64,000 nucleotides of DNA from the human T2T-CHM13v2.0 reference genome, Homo sapiens (GCF_009914755.1 NC_060930.1), one strand, 5' to 3'. Positions 41,914 to 55,730 are shown, numbered from the stretch's first letter. The notes: generated by a model from the sequence alone, not told the origin. Made by a program: numbers and translations.

Positions 41914-43117
41914 TGTGAATGAAAGAATAAAAAACAAAGTGCTTTTCCTATGCTCTTACTCAACAACAATCAACACAGAAGACTTCTGTGACCTCTGGGC
42001 ACGAAGAAGTTTGTGGAGATTTCTCCCAACCAGCAGCCAATCAATCAATCCAGCAGAGGACACTAGCTGGGTGTCCTCTTATTCAATTCAATTCTGATGC
42101 TATCTACCTGGAGACAGCATCAGATCCCACAGGTTGAGGGCTCAGTCCCACAAAACTGCCCTCCACCGCCCCAGGATCCTCTCCTTTTTTTAGGGTCCAT
42201 TGATTAGCAACCTTAATTCTATATGGAACCTTAACTCCCCCCTGCCAAATGAGGGGGAAAAACACACCCAAAGCGTTCCCTCTATTCTCTCACTTAAACA
42301 ATCAACACAGAAGACTCCTGTGACCCAATTGAGGAGGTGTTTTTCCCATCCACCAAGCAAGCAAACAATTCCTCAGTGGACACCAGCTGGGTGTCCTCCA
42401 ATTCAATTCGATTCTGATGCTATCTACCTGGAGAGAGTGTCAGATCCCAGAGATTGAGGGCTCAGACCCATAAGACTGCCCTACCCCCAACACACACACC
42501 TTCCCATGCAGATCGCAAGCCCCAGGTTGTATTATCTGTGCTTCTGACCAACTGGCTATACACTAGGGTTCCCACAACCCCGCCGGGTTCCCTTAATTTG
42601 TTAGGGCAGCTCACAGACCTCAGGGAAACACTTAAGTTTTCCTGTTTATTATAAGGGATGTTACAAAGGATACAGATGAAGAGATGTGTAGGGCAAGGCA
42701 TGCAGGAAGGGACACAGAGCTTTCGTGCCCTCCCTGGGCACACCACCTTCCAGGAACCTCCACTGTCTGGAGGTTCAGCTACCTGGAAGATTCCAGAACA
42801 TAGTCCTTTTTGATTTTTAAGCTTCATTAGGGAGGCATGATTGATTAAGTCATTGGTCATTGGTGACCAACATAATCTTCAGCCCTTCTCCCCTTCTCAA
42901 GGTTTCGGGGTGGGGCTAAAAGTCCCAACCCTCTAATCTTGCCTTGGTCTTTCTGGTGACCAACCCCATCCTGAAGCTACCTAGGAACCGCCCCTATTAG
43001 TCAATTCAATAGCACATACAAAGCCACTTATTACTTTGAAGAGTCCAAGGATTTTAGGAGTTGTATGCCAGGAAACTGGAGGATAACCAAGTACTGTATA
43101 TATTTCACAATATGACA
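41914..43117 (-). mobile_element. MER21-like LTR sequence with a duplicated ~200-bp segment
   Basis: GGACACCAGCTGGGTGTCCT...CTATCTACCTGGAG...TCAGATCCCA...GAGGGCTCAG occurs twice; ends ATATTTCACAATATGACA. Confidence 0.65.
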
Positions 43118-45478
43118 GCCTCACTTTCCATTATAACAAAATAAGGAAATTAGATAATCAACAAGGCTCTCTGTAGCTCTGAAATATTAACACTGTGATT
43201 TTATGGAACACATATAAGAAATCCTCTAGCTTTTTTTATTTGACTTTTCCAGCAGTTAACGTGTTTTTTTAAATATCAGAAATCTAAGTGGTCAATACTC
43301 TTCTTAAATGAGTTTGTCTATCAGATTACCTCATTTTATAAATTTATTATAGAGAAGTTGCTGCAATCTTAGCATTTCTGTGAATTGGAGACCATGATTC
43401 AGACTTGTTGATGAGGTCCAGAATAACTGAGGGACATATCTCAGTAGGGTTTAGATTGTCAATAAACGAAATCAAGGAGGTATCTAAAGGAGTTCTGATC
43501 TTGCTTATTAGAAAAAGTTCAGGAAACACAGCAGAGAAATAAGTTAAAAAAAAAAATCTCTGGAGGCAGTAGGATCTGACCAGAGAAAACAACCACTAAA
43601 ATGTTCACAAGTGCCAGGGGGAAGGAGGTAACATTCCTCACATTTACAGACCTTTGAAGCTCATTTTAACTTGGGAACTTTATGGACATAAGGATAAATC
43701 CAGGGCTGCCTGGTTAAGGGTCGGGTCTCATTACTCCCTAGTTAACAATTCACATTTTAAAATGAAAGAACCTGATTTAAATGTAATCCTGTCTTTAGGC
43801 TTGAAGACAAGTAAAATGCTATTTTTATCTAATACATAAGTAAAAGCAAGAAAATCCCCTCCAGAGAGTGGAAGCTGTTCATGGCTCTATTGTAATTTCT
43901 GTCTGCAAATGTGTGAAAGAAACTTTCAAGGGAAAAATGTTCCAGAAAGTAACCTTTTAAACGTTAAACCACTGCACTTTAGAAAGCAAGATAAAGAGCT
44001 TTGTACCCCAAGCTATTTCTCTGTTCCTTTTTTCTTGAGCTAAACCTCCTGTGTAATAATTTCTTTGGAATGCTTTGTTCTGAAGAGATGTTTCATGCGA
44101 CTGGTGCCTTGTCTCAGTAATCAAAGACACACTGAGTCAAATTTGGCCTTTGGAAAACAACCTGGATAATGACTGCCTGTAATTATGTAAATGTTTAGAT
44201 AATAACTGATTTTCAATTTAATTTGATGGAGACAAAACTTAGCACATCCTTACCCAATGCCTCTCCTTGTAAGTGGCCACTGTGTCTTCTGGGTAACTTG
44301 AGAACCTGGCAACAATATCAGGAACATAGTAGGTGCTTTATAAATAGTTAGTAGATGAATGAATGAATGAGTGAATGCTTAATAAATGTGCTTGATCTGA
44401 TCCTAAAACAATTTTTTTCCTTTTAGAAATTCAGCCATTTAGTCATCATTTTCTGAAGCATATTTCAAAAGTATACTAATATTGAAGAGTAATTAATAGA
44501 AAGCAACTGACACTATGTCTTTGTTAATGCTGCACCCCCTTCCCAAATAAATTTCATGGTTTATGGCTCTCCAGAGGCGAGGGAACAAAGCCACTTGGGA
44601 GAAAAGTATCTGCTGAAGTTTTTGGTTTTTGCTTTTCTAAAACTGCCTCAAATTCAGAAAAAAAGGCCATAGTTTTCATGGCTATGGGGTCCACACTCTA
44701 GTCTCCATGCAGAATCTTTCCCTAGTGACTGGACTTGTTTTGGCAGCCCTCAGGGTAAATTACTCTCCTCGATAGCCCTCAGCAATCACAGAGGCTTATC
44801 TCAAATTCTTCTTGTCGAAATGGGATGTGTACTTGGTCTTACCACTTGAAGAAAAAATGTTTAAACACTGCACAGTTTACCAGATCTTACTTTGAGGTGT
44901 TCTCTGGGGTTAGCCAAACAAATGGAGAAGGTCTAAGTAAACTGTTCAAGACTTTCAGCCAACGCTGAAAGTGCAGTGCTGGAATTGCCTGACCCCAGAG
45001 AGAGGGTAACTCTGAGCGTGCAGTTTCTAGATCAAGGTCGGGAGGTGCTGACCACAATGGGGCCATGGGTGGAGGGTGATGCCTTAGGCACCACTGAGGA
45101 AGTAGAAGAAAGATCTAACCCTGGAGGTATCTTCCTCCTGATTTTTTAGTTTTTCTGGAGAGCCCCTCAGAGTGTGGGAAAGTGTGTAGTGGACTGGGAT
45201 TTGGGAGTGTTACCTTCCTTCCAGCGACCCTCTACTTTTCTACCCACTTCTTGCTGATACAAAATCTCCAGGTGCAAAATTTCTTGGTGACCTCTGTGCC
45301 CCGCTGCAAGCAGCTTCCATAGAAGGCAGATATGACCTCAGCATTACACACAGGCATTTTTAAAAAATAAAGGATGCTATTTAAATTAAGGAACAATTTA
45401 AGCAAACAAAAGACAGAATAATAAACAGACTCTATGTGCCCACTACCAGGAGTAAACAGACTTGAACATTTTGCTTAT

Positions 45479-45853
45479 TGATATGGTCTGGCTGTGTGTT
45501 CCCACCCAAATCTCATCTTGAGTTGTAATCCGAACTGTAATCCCCAGGTGCTGGAAGAGGGAACTCTTGGGAGGTGATTGGATCATGGGGGCGGTTCTCC
45601 CATGCTGTTCTCTTGTGATAGTGAGTTCTCAACAATATCTGATGGTTTTATAAGGGTCTGTTCCCCCTTTGCTCTGTGCTTCTCTCTCCTGCCACCTTGT
45701 GAAGAAGGATGGTTTTGCTTTCCCTTCTGCCATTATTGTATAAGTTTCCTGATGTCTCCCCAGCCATTTGCAGCTGTGAGTCAATTAAACCTCTTTTCTT
45801 TATAAATTATCCAGTCTGGGGCACTTATAGTAGTGTGAAGCCGAACTAATACA
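45479..45853 (+). mobile_element. THE1-type MaLR solo LTR
   Basis: TGATATGGTCTGGCTGTG...CCCAAATCTCATCTTG...CAATTAAACCTCTTTTCTTTATAAATTA...CTAATACA; near-TSD CTTAT/CTTAC. Confidence 0.88.
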
Positions 45854-45964
45854 CTTACTTACTTTAGGCCTTTTTTTTTCTTTCTTTTTTTTTTTTTTAA
45901 GAAATAAGATTTTATAGAGTTAAAAAAAAATCCTCCCTCAATTTAAGTATCTGCACAGCTATTC

Positions 45965-46078
45965 TTTCTATTCTTTTTTATCTTTGAATTGCTCATAATT
46001 AAAATCAAAATAATTTGTATATTTGTAAATTGTTTTGATTTTAATTATGAGCAATTCAAAGATAAAAAAGAATAGAAA
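45965..46078. repeat. Perfect inverted repeat, 46-bp arms, 22-bp spacer
   Basis: 45965-46010 is the exact reverse complement of 46033-46078. Confidence 0.97.
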
Positions 46079-46530
46079 ATAATACAATGACTATATACCC
46101 ACCATTGAGATTACATGCATGATACTATTTTGCCTTATTTGTTTTAACCTTGTTCTAAATTTTTATTGTGGAAAATTTCAGACACATACAAGAGTAGGAA
46201 GAATAGTATAATGAGCTCCATGGACCCATCACCCAGCTTCAACAATTGTCCACTCATGGACAATCTTGTTTTATCTGTGGGGTAGTTATAGATAATATAG
46301 ATTCTACATTCTCCCATATGTTATTTATCTATACACATTTCGTCATGTATCTCTTAAAGAGAAGAACGTTAAAAAAAATAACTGCAATGCCATTATCATA
46401 CTTAAATGTAGCGATAATTCACTAGTGTCTGCTATTAGCCAAAATCCAGTCAATGTTCAAATTTTTTCATTGTAAAAATAATTTTTTTTCAATTTTTGTG
46501 TTTGAATCAGGATTCAGATAAGGTCTACAC

Positions 46531-46757
46531 CAAGCTTAAAGCCAACCTGCAGCCTGCAGGCCACACAGGGCCCTGGACAGCTTTGAATGCAGCCCAACAC
46601 AAATTTGTAAACTTTTTTAAAACAGTATGAGTTTTTTTGCAATTTTTTTCCTCTTAGCTCATCAGCTATTGTTAGTGTTAGTGTATTTTATGTATGGCCC
46701 AAGATAATTCTTCTTCTTCCAGTGTGACCCAGGGAAACCAAAAGATTGGACACCCCT
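46531..46757. mobile_element. MER30 DNA transposon
   Basis: GCTTTGAATGCAGCCCAACACAAATTTGTAAAC...AAAAGATTGGACACCCCT. Confidence 0.8.
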
Positions 46758-47699
46758 CATCTACATATTGACATTGATTTGACAGAGACAGTTATACCTC
46801 TTTCTTTCCAATTTTTATTCTTCTAATTGCTTGTTCTTATCTAATTGCATAGACTAGGACCTCCAGCCCAGTATTAAATAGCAGTGGAGATCATGGCTAT
46901 CCTTTGTCTTGTTCCTCACTTTAATGGAAAGTCTCCAGTGTAATCACGTTAAATAAGATGCCAGCTTTTGAGCTAAAGTATACACACACACAGACATATA
47001 ATCACATGTATAACATATTAAAAATCACATATGAATATAAAGTATACATTATTTATATATTTCAGTAAATGTTGTACCATATATAACCATATATAATGAT
47101 ATATGTAATTATATATAATCATACGTATTTAAAAAACAAAATAGTCATCAATGTATATTTTTAAGTGTTAAGTTTATCAGGTGCGTTATCTACCTCTGTG
47201 AAGATGATTATATGACCTTTTTCTCTTTGTCTTAATATGAAGGATTATGTTATTAAATTTTCTAATAATGAATCCCTCTTGTTAAAGATGATGCTGATTC
47301 TTGTAGCAACTAGAATTATAAATGGAAAAGGCTACAAATTATCTCAGAAAAAGAAATCTAGATCTCCTATTTGATAGGGAAAGAGAATTTATGTACCATA
47401 CATGTGTGTGACTAAAATAATCAACTACTGATGTTTAATTTTTTAAATCTCCCTGTATAACAACTATAATTAGACTTGAGTTTCATATACACCTTTCAGA
47501 TGCTATTGCCAAGTACATTCCCAGTTTTTAAATATGTTTCTATTCTTTAGCAGAGTAAACAGCAAAAGGTGCTAGAAGGCAAATAAATGTGCAGGGAGAC
47601 AGAGCAACACGTGCCCAGAGTATTTTGTGCTGCCCAAAGCCATTTGGCTTTGAAGAGATTCAAAGGAAGAAACATCTGATGTTCAGACACTAAGATGAA

Positions 47700-48850
47700 A
47701 GAGTTAAAGGGCTTCTTCCCAAAAACCCATAACCCTAGCCTAATCGTGAGAGAAACATCCGTTGAATTCTAATTAAGGGAAGTTCCACAAAATTCCTGAC
47801 CAGGACTCCTCAAAACCATCAAGGTCATCAAAAACAAGGAAAGTCAGAGACACTGTCATAGCCAAGGGGCACCTAAGAACAAATGACAACTAAATGTAGT
47901 GTAAGATCCTAGATGGGTTACTGGAACAGAAAAAATACGTTGGGTAAAAACGGAGAAAGTATGAATCCATTATGGGCTTTAGTGAATAGTAACAATATTG
48001 GTTCATTAATTGTAACAAATGCACCGCACAAATGCAAGATGTTAATATTGGGGGCAACAAGTGGGGGGACTTGAGGTAAGGAGCTGCCAAGTGATGAAAA
48101 CTGGTGTGCCTAGAGGCAGATTTTCAAAGCATTCTCTCTTCAAAACATCTTTTTCGAAGATGTTTATACTACCTGATAAGCATCTCCATACCCCATGGCT
48201 GTAGCAGCAGTAAAATAGAGGACAGTAAAGCAAATTGTCTTGAAACATTTATTTCCAATGCAAAATGGAGCTTTATACTGTGTGTGTTATAAATCTATGT
48301 ATTCTTCTCTACCTGATGACTATAATTGCAAAACAGAGCTTGCTGTGACTTCCAATGGCAGGAAGTGAGCCTGCTACCACTCTCCTGTGGACATTCCCTA
48401 TGAATACACAAAACCCATCCTTCAACCACATCCTGGGCACAATAATGAAGAAATACAAGATCAAGTGCTGAAAACCAGATTGGAAGAAAAAGGTGAACAC
48501 CTTGAGCAAAGACCCATGATAGAACAACTTAGCAAAATGTTCTTTAGTATTACACGCTGTTGGTATTCTCATGGACAGTATTAAAGATGTTGCAAGAAAC
48601 TAGATCTTCTAAAAGGCAGATGACTGAGGTACTCGGGGGAATCAAAGAGAAATGTTCTTCATTTGCCATTTGAGAAAATGCAATCCGGGGTGTTCACTAA
48701 CATGTTATATAGTAAAGTCAGAATAATGAATGTCTTTTCATATTAAAAAAATAGTAGGGGGAAGTAGGTGTGGGACATATGAGGACTGTCTGCACTATCA
48801 TAATTTTTCTGTAAATCCAAAACAACTGTAAGATTAAAAGTTTATTTTTA
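47700..48850 (+). mobile_element. Old L1 (L1MC/MD-like) 3' end split by the MRPL42 retrocopy (parts ~47700-48055 and ~48750-48850)
   Basis: CAAGATGTTAATA|...|TAGGGGGAAG..GTGTGGG..ATATG...TTTTTCTGTAAATCCAAAAC...AAAAGTTTATT is contiguous in L1M 3' ends. Confidence 0.65.
48060..48750 (+). pseudogene. MRPL42 processed pseudogene (CDS remnant 48195-48623; probably MRPL42P2)
   Basis: MAVAAVK* (premature TAG), [49 protein letters not shown] match MRPL42; intronless; short A remnant. Confidence 0.93.
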
Positions 48851-49009
48851 AAATTAAAGAACCTTAAAAAATAATACAGGTACATCTTTTCTCCAGATGC
48901 CAAGAGAAGTAGAATTATATTCTTGAATTCCCCATCCGTTTTTTTCAAACTACCCACTAGTGCCAGCTCAAGGAGCAGTTTGCTTTTTTCATTTAGAAGT
49001 ATATTTGGA

Positions 49010-49388
<379 letters not shown>

Positions 49389-51754
49389 TCAAGATGCAGC
49401 ATCAAAGCCTTTGATGGGACACACTGCCTTCCTCTCATAGGCATTCACGAGTTGACAGCCGTCTTTCCTTTTCTCTTCTGTCTCTCCATCTTTCTTTTTT
49501 ATTTTGAGGAGATCAAGCCTGCAAATTAAGACAGAAACAATACTACTTCGAAACTTCTTTAGCAGCGGTCCTCGGTGCTCCGGGTTGTGACACGCTCCTC
49601 GGTTTCTGTTTAGCATTAGCTCTTCAAATCTGGTCTTTAAGTTCAGTATCTCCCAGGAGCCTTGGCTTTCCTGAGCTTTTATTGTCTTGTTATTCTGCTT
49701 ACCTGACATAGAGATAAAACCCTCTCACTCCTTTGTAAGCAGCCTGGAGTCATCGCCCAAAGATGTAACTGAATCTTCCTCAAGATGTCATTCTATAAAA
49801 AGGGGCCTGACCCAATGCTTCCTATGTATTTCAAAGACATGAAGGACACATTTGCTGTTTTCCAGTAAACCACTTAAATATATAGTACTTGTTCAGAAAA
49901 CTTGCCACAAAATCCGTTGCAAAAGAATTATTTCAATCAGGAAGCAAAAACATCTGGATTTTTATGACGTACCAAGGTACACCAGTCCAAAGACACAAAC
50001 ATCACAAAGGCCTGGCCTAGATATCATGAATAGTGGCTCTTGTTGAGACAGCTGCTGGGGTCTTGGGCATAGCAGGCTGCACATGGCTGGCTGTGCAGTC
50101 TAATGCACTTAATATCTTCATCTTAGCTATAGATTGCCTTTGTCATGCTTTAGTTCCCTTTCATTTACATTCATCTTCTGCTCAGTTCCTTCCTACCATA
50201 TTTTCTTTGAATTGATTGAAAAAAGGACTGTTCATGGTTTGCTTCTGGTCCAAGACAGTGAGTTCATGGGAATAACACAAAAGCAATTTTAAAAGGAGGA
50301 AGTTTTCTCAGGCTTTTGGGGATACTTCTCCAGAGATGGCATGCTTCTAGTCAAGGCAGCTGTGCTGTTTGAGATCACAGCCTGATCTCACGGGGCTTTC
50401 CCTTTAACTTTTTAATATGGAATATTTCAAACTATGGAATATTTCAAAATATTTCTCATACAAAAGGAGAAAGAATAGTATAATGAACCCCCAGCTTGAA
50501 CAATTATCCCCTTATGGCCAATCTCATTGGATGTGTATTTCCAGCCATTCCCTGACCACCCTTCTTCCCTGGGTTACCCTGAAGCAAATCCAGGATGTTA
50601 TATAATTTCATCTAAAACTATTTTCTATGCATCTCTAAAAGATTTGGACTCTTTCTGAAAACATAACTATTATCTGTTATTACAACAAACAACCCAACAT
50701 TAATTCCTTGATATGTTCAAATATCGTCAGTGTCCAAATTTGCCCATTGCCTCAAAAACAGTTTTTCTTTGTATTATTTCCTCATTTATTTTTATATGTC
50801 ATTTCAATGTAGACTAAAATAAGACTTACATATTGCAATTGGTTGATGTATCTCTTTATAAAGTTTCCCCTTTATCTTCCTATACCACATCCTCCCTCCC
50901 CCCTCCCCTTTTTTGAGGCTTTTGTTTGTTTCTTTTTTAACATGAATAAAGTGAAGTAAACATTTAAAAATGGAACTCGAAGAGGACAACCAACCAACCA
51001 GTAGATGGGATATTTTCCCTTTCTTTTGAAAAGGTGACTCCCTCTGGCATTGGACAGTGTTTTACTTTTTTCCCACTGAGGATGCAAGTCCAGCAGGTTT
51101 CTCCTTAATTTGCTTGAGGGTTGAAAGGACAGCAGTAAATTCCAGGTCACAACCAAACTGCCTATTTAATTCCCGGAGTGTTAAACATTAACACCCAGGC
51201 CTTGCCTCCCCAGAAATCAGCATTTGTTGATACAAAGTGTACTCTGGCTTACAACAGATACCTGGGCTTTTCTAGCAGCCTATTTTTACTCAGTCACACA
51301 CCCCACCCCAGCTTGCCATCAGTTCAGCCACAAGAAAAAAACCAAAGAGAAAGAAAGTTGAAATATTTAATTTATTGCCGTGTGAATCTGTTTGAGTAGC
51401 TTCACAGAATCTTAACACGAACAACCTGCGGAGTTGAGATGTTGACACTAAAATGGCACAGCAGGCTACTTCACAACCCCACCCCCGTCTTTTCTTTTCC
51501 CTTCTTATCCCACTCACCCCCCAACCCCCAGATGGTTTAACTAAAAAGTCATTTAAGGCGAGCATTGTGGAGAAGGATAGGCCGGGGGCTTCTCACTCTG
51601 GGATTTGGTTCAGATTCATGGTCTACATGTCTACACTCTGACAGTGACCTCCGACATCGACCTCAAAAAATTTGTACTGTTTTCCAAACACCCTCATTTT
51701 CCCTATCCCATTATGAATCTATAATCAGTTCATTTTTCTAAAACGCTAGAGTGT

Positions 51755-52089
51755 TTGTTTATTTTTTTGTTTGTTTTGAGACAGTCTCGCTCTGTCACCC
51801 AAGCTGGAGTGCAGTGGGGCGATCTCAGCTCACTGCAACTTCTGCCTCCCGGGTTCAAATGAATTCTTATGTCCCAGCCTCCAAATTAGCCAGGCATGTT
51901 GGCCACACTTATAATCCTCAGCTAGGATTATAAGTGTGGCCAACATGCCTGGCTAATTTTTGTATTTTTGGTAGAGACAGGGTCTCGTCATGTTGGCCAG
52001 GCTGGTCACAAACTCCTGACCTCAAGCAATCCACCCTCCTTGGCCTCCCAAAGTACTGAGATTACAGGCTTGAGGCACTGCACTGGCCT
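51755..52089 (-). mobile_element. Alu SINE, antisense, carrying an internal inverted duplication
   Basis: Antisense Alu consensus with ~32 extra bp forming a palindrome at 51883-51959. Confidence 0.92.
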
Positions 52090-52734
52090 AGAGTTATTGT
52101 TTTCTTTCTTCTTAAGCTAGGTCTGGCCATTGAGACCCTTAAGCAGCAACTGAAAGAGCAGCTTCTCTGAGAGCACCTCAGAGCCTTTTGTGATGCCCAC
52201 TGCAAAGCAGGCTGAGGCTTCTGTATTGTACTGCAGGAGACTTTGCTCTTTCCTCAGCAGCATTCTCAACACCCTGTGTCTCTACTCTGTCTTGGGTGCT
52301 CCCACTGGGTTGCCCATGTGTTAAAGATTCTTGGTTAGTCAAGGAAAAGCAATAGCAGGTCAAGGAACCTGCCCCCATTGTGTTATTTCTAAACAAAGGA
52401 CATATCTTGAATTAAAATGGGGTGTGGGGGACTGGAATAAAAGGGTTTCTACTAATATCTGGAGTTGGCTCTATAAGGAGTAAGATCCCAGCCATGGCCC
52501 GCCATTGCAGTGGGGATTCCACGACCTCTGTGGCCCAGGCTGTGTCTTCAGGTGAATGTAAACCCCTCCGTTAGTACACCTGTAGACAGCCTACATGCTC
52601 TGGGGTCTTAAAAACCTGAAATCAAATTTCACTTCTGCCATTTATGAGTTTCTTATTTAGGAAAGTTTATTTCTTAAAGTATCAGGTTTCTCATCTGTAA
52701 TAAGGGAATTAAAATATATAACGCATATGGTTGT

Positions 52735-53123
52735 TGATATGGTTTGGATTTGTGTCCCTGTCCAAATCTCATGTTGAATTGTAATCCCCAATGTTGGAGA
52801 AGGGGCCTGTTGGGAGGTGACTGGGAGTCTACCCACATGATGGTAGACATCTCCCTTGCTGTTCTTGTGACAGTGAGTTCCATGAGATCTGGTTGTTTAA
52901 AGGTGCATAGCACCTCCCACCTTTGCTCTCTTTCTCCTGCTTCGGCCATGTAAGACGTTCCTCCTCCCTCTTCGCCTTCTGCCATGATTGTAAGTTTCCT
53001 GAAGCCTCTCCAGCCATGCTTCCTGTACAGCCTGCAGAACAATGAGCCAATTAAACCTCTTTTCTTTATAAATTACCCAGTCTCAGGTAGTACTTCATAG
53101 CAGTGTGAGAATGGGCTAATACA
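52735..53123 (+). mobile_element. MSTA-type MaLR solo LTR inserted in a MIR
   Basis: TGATATGGTTTGGATTTGTGTCCC...CTAATACA with exact 5-bp TSD GTTGT. Confidence 0.9.
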
Positions 53124-53180
53124 GTTGTCAGGATAAAATAAGGTAGCACAACCAGCCTACATTAAGACTGTTAGATCCCA

Positions 53181-53755
53181 GAACCAGAAATACCATTTGA
53201 GCCAGCAATCCCATAACTGGGTATATACACAAAGGATTATAAATCATTCTACTATAAAGACACATGCACACATATGTTTACTGCAGCACTATTTACAATA
53301 GCAAAGACTTGGAACCAACCTAAATGTCCATCAGTGATAGACTGGATAAAGAAAATGTGACATATACACCATGGAATACTATGCAGCCACAAAAAAGAAT
53401 GAGTTCATGTCCTTCGCAGGGACATGGATGAATCTGAAAGCCATCATTCTCAGCAAACTAACACAGGAACAGAAAACCAAACACCACATGTTCTCACTCA
53501 TAAGTGGGAGTTGAACAATGAGAACACATGGACACAGGGAAGGGAACATCACACACCAGGACATGTCAGGCAGTGGGGGGCAAGAGGAGGGAGAACATTA
53601 GGACAAACACCTAATGCATGCAAGGCTTAAAACCTAGATGATGGGTTGATAGGTGCAGCAAGCCACCATGGCACACGTATACCTATGAAACAAACCTGCA
53701 TATTCTGTACATGTATCTCAGAACTTAAAGTAAATTAAATTAAATTTTAAAAAAA
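53181..53755 (+). mobile_element. 5'-truncated primate L1 (L1PA) 3' end with TSD
   Basis: ORF2 C-terminus and 3' UTR (GGAATACTATGCAGCC, CATGTTCTCACTCATAAGTGGGAG); flanks AAGACTGTTAGATCCCA / AAGAATGTTATATCCCA. Confidence 0.93.
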
Positions 53756-54109
53756 GAATGTTATATCCCAACCTTTCCTTTCTTCTCCCACTCCCAAAGA
53801 ATAATAAAGTAAATTGTTTATGAGTCAATAAGATGAATTAGTCTGCCGTTGCTTTCCCAACTGTGGCAGAGTCAAAATGAAATAAGTAATAGGTTTTGTC
53901 GGGGAAAAGGCTAATGACATAGCCCTGCAGGTTGGGCAATCCCTGGGTCTACAGGGATTTTTAGAATAGGGGATCAGAGAACTAACGGATGACAAGATGG
54001 GACTGGAAAATGTAAGAGCAAAGAGAAAGGTATAGAAGGTAAGACGGGAGCACCCCAAAGGTAAATGTCCTCTGTGTTGCCATTTTTGCCGCATTTGCCA
54101 ATTCCTTCT

Positions 54110-54410
54110 TAAAATTTTTATTTTATTTTTGACAAATAATAATTGTATATATTTATGGGGTACAAGATGAAGCTTTGATATACGTATACACTGTAGAATG
54201 ATGATATCAAGCCAATTACCATTCTTCACATACTTGTCATTTTTTTGTAGTAAGAACATTTCAAATACATTTTTAGCAATTTTGAAATATACAATCATTA
54301 TCATAACTGTAGTCACCATGCTGTACAATAGATCCCAAAAACATATTCCTCCTTTGTAACTGGATCTTTGTACTCTTTGATGAACATCTCCCGATTCCCC
54401 ACGCCACATC
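54110..54410 (-). mobile_element. L1MA-type 3' end, antisense
   Basis: AATAATTGTATATATTTATGGGGTACAA...GTCACCATGCTGTACAATAGATC. Confidence 0.8.
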
Positions 54411-55730
54411 CCATGCTAGGAGTGTGATTTCATACTCATGTCTACCTCCTTGGAGACTTTCAAAAGTACAGATGCATGAGAAAGAAAAAATACTCTGGTG
54501 GAAATATTATTGGCATTTTTAAGACAATTTAATAAGCTTTCAGTTAGTTTTCCTAGGCCAATGCATATTTTATATAGTAAATGGCAACATCTAAATCTTA
54601 TAGGTTGAATTGGAATATCTATATCTGGTTTTCTCTGGAGAAAACATACGTTCGTTCATCTGTTCGAAGGACACAGCCAAACATCTTTTGAGAGTAAGTC
54701 ATTTTACACTGTGGATATATGAAGTTGCACTCCCTCAGGGAACTACAGAAAACCAGAATTAACCTAAATTTATTTCCAGGAGCAATAAAGTTGATTCGAA
54801 ATGGTTGAAATATACCCATTTAGTTTATATAGTCTCATTAGAGCCGTAGATTAGTTTTATAAAACATACATATTGCGCTATTTCATGTTCTCCACTTTTC
54901 CTCATCAGAAAAAGGGAGTAAGAACAAAATGAAGTGCCTCCTAAGCACTGATGAATGGTGCCTCACTGGACCCTTCATAGAGCAACCTGAAATTGGGCTG
55001 TTATGAGGAACCCATTTTCAGCCGAGGAATCTTACGTCCATAAGTAACTTGCCCAAGGTCAATAGGTTAGTAAGGTAGCATAATCAGGATTCCAGCTCTA
55101 GTCTGCTGATTCCAAAGTTCGTGATCTTTTCATTGAAGTTATCTGCTTCGCTGTGACAACAAATGAAACAACATATGGGAAAGAGAAAGTACTTAGTAGG
55201 CACTACGTCCCTAAGTCTTCCATTTCCATCTTCAAAACTGGCCCCACCGCAACGTAAAGAGCAAGGGGGTTCTAAGGGCCTCCCCTGCAAGGGTACAGAG
55301 TTGAAGAAAGGCAAGGCAGTTTCTGAGTGTAACACACACACAGTCACAAACATAAATACACAAACAATAAATAGCACACAAGATCAGATTAAAGGCTAAA
55401 TGGGAAAGTAATGTTGATGCTAAAGGAGTTGAAAATATTACAGCTGCCCCTTACCAAATAGTGAGCAGATGTAGTTAGAAAACTGAAATTATGGAGGCAG
55501 AAGAGTGTTTGGGAGGAAGAGATAAAATTTGAAAGAGTTGTTCTATTTGCAGAAAACAGCAGCCTGGCTAACATATGTCAGCAGAGTGCCTTGCACATAA
55601 TAGGTGCTTAACAAATATCTGTAGAATGACTTATTCAAGTTGGCCATTCTAGTAGTTATTATAGCTTGCCATGCCTACAATTAATTTGGATACAGTTGTT
55701 TTTTAATAATAAAGTTGGCTAAAATGAATA

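Noticed and set aside
45965-46078. Palindrome as a MADE1/miR-548-type MITE
   Set aside because: Lacks the mariner TIR sequence (TTAGGTTGGTGCAAAAGTAATTG)
53825-54409. 194-aa minus-strand ORF
   Set aside because: Half of it is L1MA 3' UTR sequence; non-ATG start; no domain
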